Source of the DNA: Takakia lepidozioides
Taxonomy: Eukaryota; Plantae; Bryophyta
Length of the DNA: 64,000 nt
Assembly (NCBI GenBank): GCA_030704615.1
Contig: CM060734.1
Span: 52,762,001 to 52,826,000, forward strand
Direction: 5' to 3'
Under the pieces are notes generated by a model. The model saw only the letters and a list, made by a program, of their open reading frames with translations. It searched no databases and was not told where the DNA came from. The position numbers and the translations under genes are program-made. Shown piece after piece: positions 1-11,340 of this stretch (the first letter of the stretch is position 1; every line of letters begins with the position of its first letter).

Positions 1-1007
1 CTATATCTAAAAGTTCATGTCTGGATCTAAAAGTCTCTCATGTTCTGAAGAATGACATCTCAGATGTTTCCTTTTGTCCCCCCCAAAACTGTGCGCGGTG
101 TATGTGGCCACAAGGCTACGGCAAACAATGTATTAGGAGTACGTTTGTCTCTCAGATGATCTGAGGGCCCTACCTACCCTCTGCACTAGACTGAAATTTA
201 AACTCGGGGCCAGAAGCCCACCTACGAACAATAAACAGATACAGAGAGATTGTAATTGATACAAGGAGATTGTAATTGCCAGATGTGCAGGCAGCCTGAA
301 GACAACATCCATTTTCTGAGAAATTGTCCAGGGTATTATTCTCACCACAGAGTGACTCTCTTTAGGAACATCAAGAGTATTGTGCCTGCACCTCTGTTCA
401 CCAACTTTGGAAATCTTGAGGCTGAGCCTAAAGCCATGGCCCTGTTGAGGTCTAAATGCTGGGCAGATCACACACATCAGGTTGATGCGGATTTCTAGAG
501 GATATCTGGAAAGCCAACAGATTGTTTTTACCCTGGTAAGTCCCACTAACGGAGTGAGCCCCTCACAGGGTTACTGTATGTTCCCTTTATTTCTGCCCAA
601 ACTGTCCGCAGGGTCTTTGGCCACAAGGCTACGGCAAACAACGTCTGACATTCTCTCTCTCAGATGCAGAGAGGAAAGGGATATATGTAAATGCCTGATG
701 CGTGGGCAGCCTGAAGACTGTCCGTTTTCTGATACAATGTCCAGGGTATTCTCATCAGAGAGCAACCCTCTTCAGGATCAAGAACATAGTCCCTGCATCT
801 CTGTTGACCAACTTTCAAAATCTCGAGGCTGAGCCTAAAGCCCTGGCCCTGTTAGGGTCTAACTGCTGGGCACCTCACACACAACAGATTGATGATTGTG
901 TGAAGGGCTTTATAGAGGAAACTGCCAAGCCCGACCACTAGTTTCTAAAGTTGCACTACTGGAGTGAGCTCATCACAAAGGTAGTGTATGTTCCCTCTTT
1001 CTCTCTG
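1..1007 (+). mobile_element. Head-to-tail array of three 5'-truncated LINE 3' fragments (~1-153, 154-661, 662-1007)
   Basis: Shares sequence with the LINE end at 6600-6845 and with 13775-14250. Encodes a CxxC...H...C zinc knuckle (CQMCRQPEDNIHFLRNCP). The first two copies end in GGCCACAAGGCTACGGCAAACAA...(TC)n. Confidence 0.85.
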
Positions 1008-1439
1008 CAAGTCCTAACTGATCTGTTATTATACACGCCAATGCGTAGGCATGATCAACCATTCATCAACTTGGGGAGGAACACATGCACTGAAGTGAAA
1101 CAAACTCCTAGGGTCACCTTGCATGCAACTGGTAAATACGACCTCTCTGTGTGTGCAGGCAAACATGCTCATCTTTATTCCCTCTGCAATCCCTATACCA
1201 CAATTACCACGAAACAAAAAACACAAAAACATTTTGGAAGGAGAGCGACATAAAAAGGTAAGGAGCTTCTTTGACAGGCACATTGAATTCTGACAGTCTC
1301 ATATGTCATTTAACAATTACGTGAGACAACTTGAACCTCGATTGCCAGAAAACACAGCCACCCGATATGAACGAGGAGATGGAGACGGGCATCCGATCAT
1401 ACGCACTTTATGAAGCAGATCCCCAGTCTGAATACCCAC

Positions 1440-2936
1440 CTAAACAACAACTGGTCAGCCAGTGGATCCGTTGGTGATAGAGAGGAAACAGGGGCTGACG
1501 GTGCCTCCCAAAACTTGAAATCCAAGGGTTCTCCTCCCTGCGACAAAAATAAAGCTCAACTGTATTATAAAACCTACAAAGACATCGTGACAATAACACT
1601 GCCAACTCAAATTTCAAAGCAAGATTAACTAATCACAAATTTGGTCACAGAGAGAACATCCTATGTCATAATCTTCCACAGCACTGATGTGGTAGTCCAA
1701 TCAGATGTCTCCACATTGTCTGTGATTGCATTACAGAGTCCGTCAGTGACTTGGGTCTGCAAGCAACTTCCAACCAGCAAACCCTTCAAGAAAACACTAT
1801 ACAAGTACAATCTCTTGTCCCAAAAAGTTTGCATCAAGGTTAACACTGTCTCTGATGAACAGAAGCTAGCACCACGTCGACAAGAAAGAGACACAAAAAA
1901 GTCGAGATGCGCAACTACCTTCTCTAGAAACTCTAGCTCCCTTCTCCGCTCCTCTCGAACAGCAAGATCCCGCCTGAATCACACAAGAGCAAGAGCTAGT
2001 TCCTTGGGTCCACAGCCACTCCCCACCCCCTTCCCTAAAACTTTCACGAAAACTGTGTAGCTGGGGAGACTTCCAATGCAGAGAGAAGCCTGGCTAGCAA
2101 AGTGAATTACTTAAAGAAAAATGGACTTAAATTGCTTCTTTGCTTCCATATAGAGAAAGCCTCAAAACTGACTAATACAAGGTAGATAAGGACTTGTTCT
2201 TAGAAACATACAGCACGTCAATACTTTACAGCCCTAGACATCCCTCTTCATTGCAATTAAGCAGGCCTGCACTGATCACTGCACTTGGTCATATGTAGAA
2301 CCTTAGTTCAGCTTGAGCTTTTTCAATGGCAGCACGGCGGGGTGAAGGCTCGTTGTTGTCTATGGCAGCTGCAGCACCAGCTCCTGCGCCCATGGAACCT
2401 GGCTCTGCATTGACTAATCGCTGAGACCCTGGCTCAGATCCAGGGTCTTCACTTGTTCTGGGTCCCAGTTCAATAGCTTTCTGCTCTTGGCACAATATAT
2501 CAGGCTGCAAAAGTCTCCTCCTTGAGTCCTGCTCACAACTGCTTACCACACCTAGACCTGTGACAGCATAGACAATGACTGATTCAGAGCAATCAGTTCC
2601 CTGGTATGTGATTGTTACACCACAAACTACTGATAATACTCTTAAGCAAGAGACTCTGAGGCGACAATTCTATGCACATTATCCATCAAAGAAGGAAAAA
2701 CTGGCAATGACCATTAATGCAGATATCTTCCAACAACAATGCAAAGCATGCTCCCTTATTCCATTAGCTTTTGGACAAAGAAGTTCAGATGCACCAAACC
2801 TGCATTGAGCATAGTACTGTAGCACCATCACTCTTGCAAATCACATGTAGACCTCACCAGCTTTCATTTGGAAGGTCCCACCATAGGCAGTCTCCAAGAC
2901 AACACACAGGTGGTGGATGTTGCCACTAATGTGTTC
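1440..2936 (-). CDS. EAF1: Chromatin modification-related protein EAF1 (NuA4 scaffold), 5' exons only; gene continues left
   Basis: Exons 2858-2936 (tentative; in-frame ATG AAA GCT), 2302-2557, 1919-1973 and 1440-1537, all with GT-AG ends and compatible phases. They splice to LVNAEPGSMG...SPRRAAIEKAQAELRRDLAVREERRRELEFLEKGGEPLDFKF, matching the plant EAF1 N-terminus. Confidence 0.85.
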
Positions 2937-3002
2937 CTGCAGGCAAACAGGCACAATCTTAAATGTTGGTATGTAGCCTATACATTTTGCAACAAGAACA
3001 AA

Positions 3003-3052
3003 TCTCTCTCTCTCTCTCTCTCTCGGCTACGGCAAACAACGTCTTATGAGTA

Positions 3053-3104
<52 letters not shown>

Positions 3105-6100
3105 TCTCCCTGTCCTCTGGAAGCCTATTGACATTGGGTGGACTTGAAACGGGAGTACATTAATGTCTCTGTGACTAAATGCCGGCCTTGTGACCTCGTG
3201 TCCTTGTTTGTTTCGACCTGAAGCGCTTTGCTTCAGGTAAGGTAGTGCATTGGATTTAGTTGGAAAGCGTGGGGCCTTTCCCTCTTTAGAATATGCCTAC
3301 ACGGGCCATTCCCTGCAACTCCCTGGAGTGTGATCTCTGAATGGTAACAAGCGGACTCCTACCGCTTGGGGGCAGCCCCTCCGCCCAAATTGGGCAGTCG
3401 TATGCTCTGTCTAGCATACTCGGCACTTGGGCTCGGGTTGGTTCCTGTGCTTAAACTTTATAACCTGCGAAAACAATCAAAAATTTAGCTCCTATCAACA
3501 TCAACACTCCTCAGGGTGATCCCTGGGAATTGGTTACTTATGCCAAATCTAGGGCTTCATGTGTAGTTTTTGGGGTGAATCCCAGGATGGACGATGTGTC
3601 CTTTAAAACTACATGCTCTAGCTTAGGCTTGGATTTCATGGCTAATGGTACCATCTCGAGACTTGATAACAGGGGTACGTTGAAGGTTGCAATGACCAAA
3701 AGTGCTTCTAATAGAGTCCCGCATCAATTCAATCTCAAAGAAGTTCGTCCCTTGACTGGCTGGAGAGCGGTCTTAGACATTGGTGATTCAATGGGCGCTC
3801 TAGGAAGACAACCAAGGGCAACAACTTCAACTTGAGAGTTTCTAATCGGTTTGATGCTCTGGATGAGGTTGAATCCAAACAGCCAGAAGGACAAGATGCC
3901 CCTAAGTGTACGGAACCTGAACGTCCTGAATCTGAAGGATTTGGTACTCTGAATGGTTTACCAATCCTCAAGGTTTACACAAGACGAACAAATTCTATAC
4001 ACGGGGTAATTGTCCCCAAGCCGTCAGATGGACAATCTGTCCCTAAGTGTGCAGAGCCTGAACGTCGTGTAACTGAAGGATTTGGTACTCTAAATGGTTT
4101 ACCAATCCTCAAAGTCTACACAAGACGAGCAAAATCTATACACGGGGTAATTGTCCCCAAGCAGTCTGACGGACAATCTGCCCCTATGTGTGCGGAGCCT
4201 GTGCGTCGTGTAACTGAAAGATTTGGTACCCTGAATGGTTTACCAATTCTCAAAGTTTACACAAGACGAGCAAAATCTACACATGGGGTAACTGTCCCCC
4301 CTTTGCAGAACGGTTGGCCGTCCAGGAGCAATCACAAGCTACCTAGACGACAAACAATTCACACGCAAAGGGCTGGCTTGCGGCTGGCCACTTTCAACTT
4401 CTCAGGGTTGACCAACCAAAGGAAACAACTTGAAGTGGGACAAGTTCTTCGGACTAATGAAATTCATATCTGTGCTGGGCAAGAAACATGGGAAACGTCG
4501 GATAAACTGGTTGGAGATGTCATTGGTTATAAATGGGCAGGTAAGATGTGTACTCTCAAGGCAGCCACTGCCAAACGCGGTCAAAAAGGGGTCGGATTCT
4601 TTGTCCGTGATTTCTTGTTTGACAATTGTGAAATTATCAACAAGGGTTTGAGGTACGAGCATAGAGTATCTGGCTAAAACTGAATTTGAAGGGCGGCATG
4701 AGTACAAAGGACCTCTTTGTTGGTTGTGTTTACATGCCCACAGAGGGGACCCATAGTGCTGACGCAGACAAGGCCTTCGAAGTTGTAAAGCTGGAGTGTG
4801 CTTCGTTCCTTGCCAAAGGTCAGGTGGTACTATTGGGGGACTTCAATGCCCGGGTGGGCAAAGGGATCCATCAGGACGATATCATTGGACCTTTTGGTGA
4901 GGACGAGCTGAATTCTAATGGCAGACGGTTAATTAACTGTCTAGAAGAGCTTCAGCTTTTGACCTTGAATAACAGGACAAGAGGTGACCAAGTGCAGTGG
5001 ACTCGTGAGAAACCCCAAACTGGGGAACGTTCCATTGTGGACTATATCATAATGGACAAAATTTTGTTCCCCCAGTGTGCCAATGTGTTGATCGACAGAA
5101 CTGATATTGGTACCTCTGACCACTTCCTGGTTTGCACTGAGATCAAAAGGTGTTTTCCCACCACCAAGAGATCTGTGAAACGTTCGATTCGGAAGTGGCG
5201 CATAGAAAAATTCCACAATGAGGAGGTCAAGGCTGAGTGGAACTACCGTGGCATCACGCTCCTCAATGCTGTTGGCAAGACATTCTGCAGAGTTATAAGT
5301 ACTCGTCTCGAGGTTGATCTGGCGTCTAGAGGTTGTTTCCACGAAGGCCAAGCTGGCTTTCGGCGAAACAGGGGCTGTGTGGATCATATCTTCACTCTAA
5401 GCCAGATTATCCAGGGAAGGAAAAAAGAAGGGAAACCCACTTATGTCTTTTTCCTGGATGTCAAAAAGGCTTATGACACAGTGTGGAGAGATGGCCTATG
5501 GTTCCGCCTCTGGTCTTGTGGGATCAAGGGAAAGATGTGGAGAGTTGTCCACAACTTGTATGCTCACACCAAAAGCTGTGTCACTGTTAACGGACAGAAG
5601 TCCAACTTCTTTGACATAGACCAAGGTGTAGCTCAAGGATGTACTCTCTCCCCTCTGCTCTTCAATGTTTTCATCAATCAACTCCTCGAGGATGTGGAAA
5701 GTGAGGGATTTGGGTTAAGGGTGGGTGATACCACCATACCAGCCCTTATGTTTGCGGATGACTTCGCAGGCATAGGGGAGACTCCAACCAATCTCCAGGA
5801 GTTGATTGATTGCGCGAAGAGATACTTTGATCTTTGGGGGCTAGAGGCTAATGTCAGCAAATGTGCAGTGGTAGCATTCAACGACAGAGGAGAGGGAGGA
5901 AGTGATCTTAAGTGGCAGTGGGGTAGCCAAGAGATCCCGGTCCTCCCTTCCTACACTTACCTGGGCGTTGAGTTCTCCCCCAATTGTAATTGGGATGCAC
6001 ATATCCGGAAAGTTGTTCAAACTGGCAAGGGCAAAGCTCTGGGGCTCACTAAATTTTTCCACTGCAGAGGGGTCAACTCTGAGGTTAAGAAAACCATGCT

Positions 6101-6854
6101 TTGTCGCGTTAGTAGACCTGCCTTGGAGTACGGATCTGCTATATGGGTTGATAACTCCAACCAGGCTAAGTCTCTAGAATCCATTCAAGTGGGGGTGCTT
6201 AAGGAGTGTATGTCAGCATGCTCCAAAACAGCCAATGTGGCTGTTCGGGGTGAGTTTGGCATTCCGTCCTTAAGCTCCCGACAAGATGAATTCAAGGTCA
6301 CATGGTGGGGTCAGCTGCAACATATGCCCAACACCAGATATCCTAAGTTAATCGACTCTATATCTTGGAAACAGGACCGCCCTGTCAAACAGGCTAAGTC
6401 CTGGAAGAAGAGAGTAGAAGAGATCCTCAAGGACCTGGACCTGGATCCGCAAGTCTTGACCCTGCTGGATAAATCTGACTTAGAGGCTGTAGTGTCCTCA
6501 GCCATGTCTGTTGCCATGAGATTGTCTGATGAAAATGAGGTTAGGCAAAAAACTTCCCTGAACTTGTTTCCAGTCTGTGACATGGGGGAGGACATCATGG
6601 ATGACCTCAAGGGTCTACCCACTCACCTTTGAACAGCAAACAGAAGCAGAGAGGAAAGGGAGAGTGCAATTGCCCGTTGTGTGGGCAACCAGATTGATGC
6701 TTGTGTGAAGGGATTTCTAGAGGATATCTGGAAAACCCGGATTAATTCTTTATATGGAGGTAAGTCTTACTACCAACGTCAGCCCCTGACAGAGGTAGGT
6801 TCTGTCCCTTTTGTTCCCGCTCAAACTGGGCGCAGGGTCAATGGCAGCACTGAT
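3003..6854 (+). mobile_element. Near-full-length non-LTR retrotransposon (APE endonuclease + RT, RTEX-like by inference), defective, antisense to and 5' of the recognised EAF1 exons (probably intronic)
   Basis: APE motifs: LATFNFSG, QETW, LLGDFNARVG, SIVDYI, SDH. RT motifs: NYRGITLL, QAGFR, FLDVKKAYDTV, GVAQGCTLSPLLF, MFADD, YTYLG. Frameshift near 4655, and internal deletions near 5237 and 6625-6685. Flanked by AACAAGAACAAA (2991-3002) and AACAAGTACAAA (6855-6866). Confidence 0.92.
3889..4300 (+). repeat. ~2.9 copies of an in-frame 141-bp (47-aa) tandem repeat upstream of the LINE endonuclease
   Basis: Units start at 3889, 4030 and 4171. Each encodes ...FGTLNGLPILKVYTRR... Confidence 0.95.
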
Positions 6855-8929
6855 AACAAGTACAAAGCATCTACATAATTTTAACAGTTACTCAGTGAAC
6901 TGAGCAGGAGAGAGAAGAGAAGGGAAAGCGTCCAAGACCTTCGACTGAGCAAAAGCGACGGAAACTGAAAGCATCGCAGGGGACGCAATGGGAAGATTAA
7001 GGCACAGCTAGATTTCTCGCAGAGTTGTTTCTGTCCCATTTACCTCCCATACTGAAACTAACAATTGGCTCAGCTGAAAACCATCGTACTCAACATCCAA
7101 ATCCATCCCCTACATTTTCTGGATTTTATTAGAAAAAGGATAGTTTTCAAACCCTACTCTGCACTCATGACTCCTTGAATCATGAAGCCAGGTTCCATGA
7201 CATCTACAAGGACCTGAGAAAAAAAACACGCAAGAACAAACTGCACACAGGGATGTGGCAGCATCAACCTGGCATAGTTTCGCCATGCAAGGGACCAGCA
7301 TCCAATTCTACAACTGGACTGTTGCAGAACTAGAAAATAACCAAACGGGATTGCGTATCCATGGACACAAACATTACATCACAACATTCAAAGCCATTCA
7401 AACCCTGGTCCTGCAAGTTCCACGTTTTCCGAACCCTAGAAGTCCAAAAACTAACTGTGGTACGAGACACCATACCTGCTTCGCCGAACTCACACCCATG
7501 TCGTCGTCGAGCGCAACGGATTGCGAGACACAACAGAAAAATTACAGTGTAATAACACACCCGCCATAATTCCGCGGATCCTCACTCCGCTTTGCACTCA
7601 GCCCAGAGCATGCATCCCGCTCCGAATCAACGGCAATTTGTTCCACAAATTCATCACAATTTCCCTAATTTACACCCCGCAATCATCTTCTTCTCTCCAA
7701 TTTAACTCTACCTTGCATGCAAATCGGTGCCCAGGATTCCTCGACGAGAGGGGGCAAAGGTGGGGTTCGCCCAGCCGAGACGGGCCACTGCATTCCTCTG
7801 CCGGCTTGTGCTCACACTAGTCACAAACTCTCCACTGCAACAGCAGAACCGGCAGAGGACCGTGTTAGGCCTAGTTCACATCACATGCTACAATCCTTCC
7901 TGCGCTGCAGCTCCTCTTGTGCCTTCCCTTTCCCCCTCCACACCCCATGCCATGCCATGCCATGCCATAGCGCGGACCAAAGGAGTTACCTGCAGGACGG
8001 TTACCATCCTATATATTAGCTTAAGAGAGGATTAAATTACCTCAAGGGAGATTGTTTGTGAGAGGAAAATGATTATCCCAAGCTGTGGATGGAGCCCAGT
8101 TTTCATCCATCAAGGAAGGGTGGATGCAATGTGGGACGAGCACATTTTTCATTTGCCAGGTTGATGAGGGTTTCATCCATAATGAGGGTTTCATCCAGAT
8201 TTCCTGCTTCTGTGCTCCCGTCTCTAGGCTTCTCTCCTCTCTCTTATCTTCTAATCAACGCAGCCCCAGTGCTTTGAAGGTTCCAGGATGTTTAGTTCTG
8301 AAACCGTCTGGCCTTCTTAGGGACTCGTACAATGTGATAACTGCATATGGATCGCAGGAGATGTCCGCATGCTTTCAAGTCGGAAAAGAGGCGGTTTGGT
8401 TGCAAATTACAACATCTTTTAACTCAATTGTTTGTGCATAATCGGCCAGTTTCTCCTCAATTCTGTTACCGAATGACATCTAACAGGAGGGCTAAGCGGT
8501 ACACCGTCAGTGGAGATGTTGTTCTCGGAATGGCTTTAGTGATGATGGCGGTGTCTCTCTCATTGCGGGCCACATAAGCTGATCCATACCTTCTACGGGA
8601 CTGGGGTGCGCCTCAGTTTTCCTTTTGTTGTTGTCGCACAGGAGCGATGTATTTTGGAGGAAGTTGATTCGGGGGGCAGCAGAAGAATGTGTTCACCATA
8701 ACCTATGGCTGTAAGGGGAGGACGGCTGGCTGTTGCACTCTTCTTTGTGCAGCTTTAAGATCCATTGACTGAACCTGCAGGAAACTTCACCATGACCAGT
8801 GTATCTGGAAGAGGACCAGAAGGGGGAGCCAACCGTCTTCTGGCACCTGTGGGGATGTGAGGGCACTCTAACAGGCAGGTCGACTGAAAGAGGCACTGCA
8901 CGCTTTAAACCAAGGAGGCATTTCGGCAG

Positions 8930-10150
8930 ATGGGGTGATGCCTAACAGAGTCACGTTCATTTGCGTTCTCAAGGCATGCGCTCTCCTTCGAATGCTAAGA
9001 AAGGGCAAAGAGATCCATGCTTGGCATGTATCAGTAAATGATATGGGAAGGGGTGACTTCCAACTGAGCTACGTTCATTTGTGTTGTCAATGCCGTGCAG
9101 TTCTAAAAAAGGGCAAGGAGGTCCATGCCGACTTCATCACATCTGGAATTATGCCAGATATCACATATGAATCTGGAAAATACCCTTGTTGAAGTGTATG
9201 CCAAATGCGGGGGCATCAAGGAAGCCCCTGAAGTGTTCAACAATATGAATCAAACGAGATTTGGTCTGATGGAGCACAATCATTCCAGGGTATGCTCAGC
9301 ATGGGTGTGGTGGGGAGGCTTTGGAGATGTATGAGCAAATGATACAGAAAGGGGTGACTCCAGACAGGTGACATTCACTTGCGTCCTGAACGCATGTGCC
9401 AGCCTAGGAGCTCTTGAAAAAGGGCAAGGAGGTCCATGCTGAGATCATCAAAGCTGGAATTGGACCAGATATCCCTCTTGAGACTGTCCTTGCCAACATG
9501 TATTCCAAATGCGGAAGCATGGAGGACGCGTGGTGTTTGACAACATGGCTCGACAAGATGTGGTCTCATGGAGCTCGATCATTGCAGGATATGCCCAGCA
9601 TGGTTGTGGTAGGGAGGCTTGTGAGATGTATGTACAAATGCAACGTGGAGGGGTGCAGCCCGACAGCATAACATTCATTTGCTTCCAGTGCATATCCCAC
9701 TCTCACAGCCCTGGAAAAGGACACGGAGGTCCATCCTGACATCATCAAAGCCGGAATTTTACCTGATATCATTCTGGAGACTGCCCTTTGCTGATATGTA
9801 TGCCAAATGTGGAAGGAAGCATGAAGGATGCACATGAAGTGTTCAACAATATGCCTCTGCAAAATGTGGTCACATGGAATGGAATGATTGCAGGATATGC
9901 TTAGAATGGTTGTGGTCAAGAGGCCCTGGAGTTATTTGAGCAAATGCAACAGGATGGCGTAAAGGTGATGGTATCACCTTTATGTGTCTTCTCTCTGCGT
10001 GCAGCCATGGGGGCCAGTGGACAAAGGCCAGTACTACTTTGGTTCAATGAGTTGAGTTCAGGTCATTACTCATACAGTGGAGCATGCATGGTAGACCTTT
10101 TTGGCCGCCCAGGACAATTGGAAGAGGCCCAGGACATCATTAACAAATGC
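8930..10150 (+). pseudogene. PLS-class pentatricopeptide repeat (PPR) pseudogene with start of E domain
   Basis: Motifs VTFICVLKACA, KGKEVHAEIIKAGI, NMYSKCGSMEDA, QDVVSWSSIIAGYAQHG and CMVDLFGRPGQLEEA are spread over several frames with stops. No introns seen. Confidence 0.9.
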
Positions 10151-11340
10151 CAAATGTCTAATCAGTGTACCCTGTGTTCCCCAGCCTCATCTAGCCCTAG
10201 GGATACAGAGCCTTGTGATGCAACGTCTGCAACCCATCTCTACAATACATGAATAACCCCACCTGTTGAATCATACCCCGGTGAGAAATACTGGCATAAA
10301 TGCAAGATTCCAGAGAAACACAAATTACAGTCCCCTGAAATGGTTGCTAAGAAAGGCAGTGAAGATCATGGTTCATGTGGTAGATTAAGGGCCAGGATAC
10401 TAATTGAATGGTGTATGCCTGTGATTCCTCTTCCAGTCTGAGTACCATAACATATTCAGTACACAGCCAAATAGCAGAATGCAGCTCTGCCTGCAACGTT
10501 GGAGTCGATAACAGTGCAGTGCGGGAATAGAAGCAACTTAAAAGTTGCAGCCACTGGCCAATAACAAAAAGCTAATGAGACATGAATTCAATTGGTAGAT
10601 AACCAGGTGTACTGCAAGTGGGGCCTAAATTTTCAGTTAGGTTATTGGGTGTCAGTTAATGGTGCACTACCTGCATGTGGGGCTCCCACACAAGACATGG
10701 GGAAAACAATGCAGCATACAATTTCCGCTATTGGAATCAACAACACACTGGGAAATACACAGCAGTGTCAAAGGTGTAGCACTACTGACAGCACAGTTTA
10801 GAACATTTCCCTCCAAGATCTGTCTGAAGTTACCTTCAATAAAATAGATGGACCAGCACACAAACCATGCAACTGAGTTGATGTACCTACCCTCCAGGAA
10901 AGGAATCCTCAAGCAAATGTAACCACCCCCCATCCAACAGAACTTATTCCCGCAATAAAACTGTAATGATTCTTACAGAAGTTGAATCAAGGCACCCACT
11001 CTGCACATCTTTAGAACAAAGGGAGCTGCTGGTGTCATTTTTAAGCCCATGACCAAGCTTGCAACCTCCCATGGCTTGGGACATCAGGCACCCATCCTCC
11101 CATTTCAGAAGACTTTCTGCCTCCGGCATATATCCTGGTGCATATCACCTAAGTTGTCTAAGCTCATAATCTAGAGAACAACCTGGTTGTCAGTCTTTAA
11201 TATCTTGTTGTAATCATTTTGCTACTTAAATTCCTCTGCCCACCATGTCTCACTTAGTAAGGGGAAGGAGAAGAGGAAGAGGAAGAGGGAGAGGGCAAAA
11301 AATGGCTGAGCTCTATGGGATCAGAGATTGATGGGGCTTT

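Noticed and set aside
3040-3240. Hammerhead, HDV or pistol ribozyme at the LINE 5' end (CTTATGAG, CTGAAGC...CGAAA, AAGCG...TCAGGT)
   Set aside because: Core nucleotides or required stems do not fit any consensus. Kept only as a generic structured leader.
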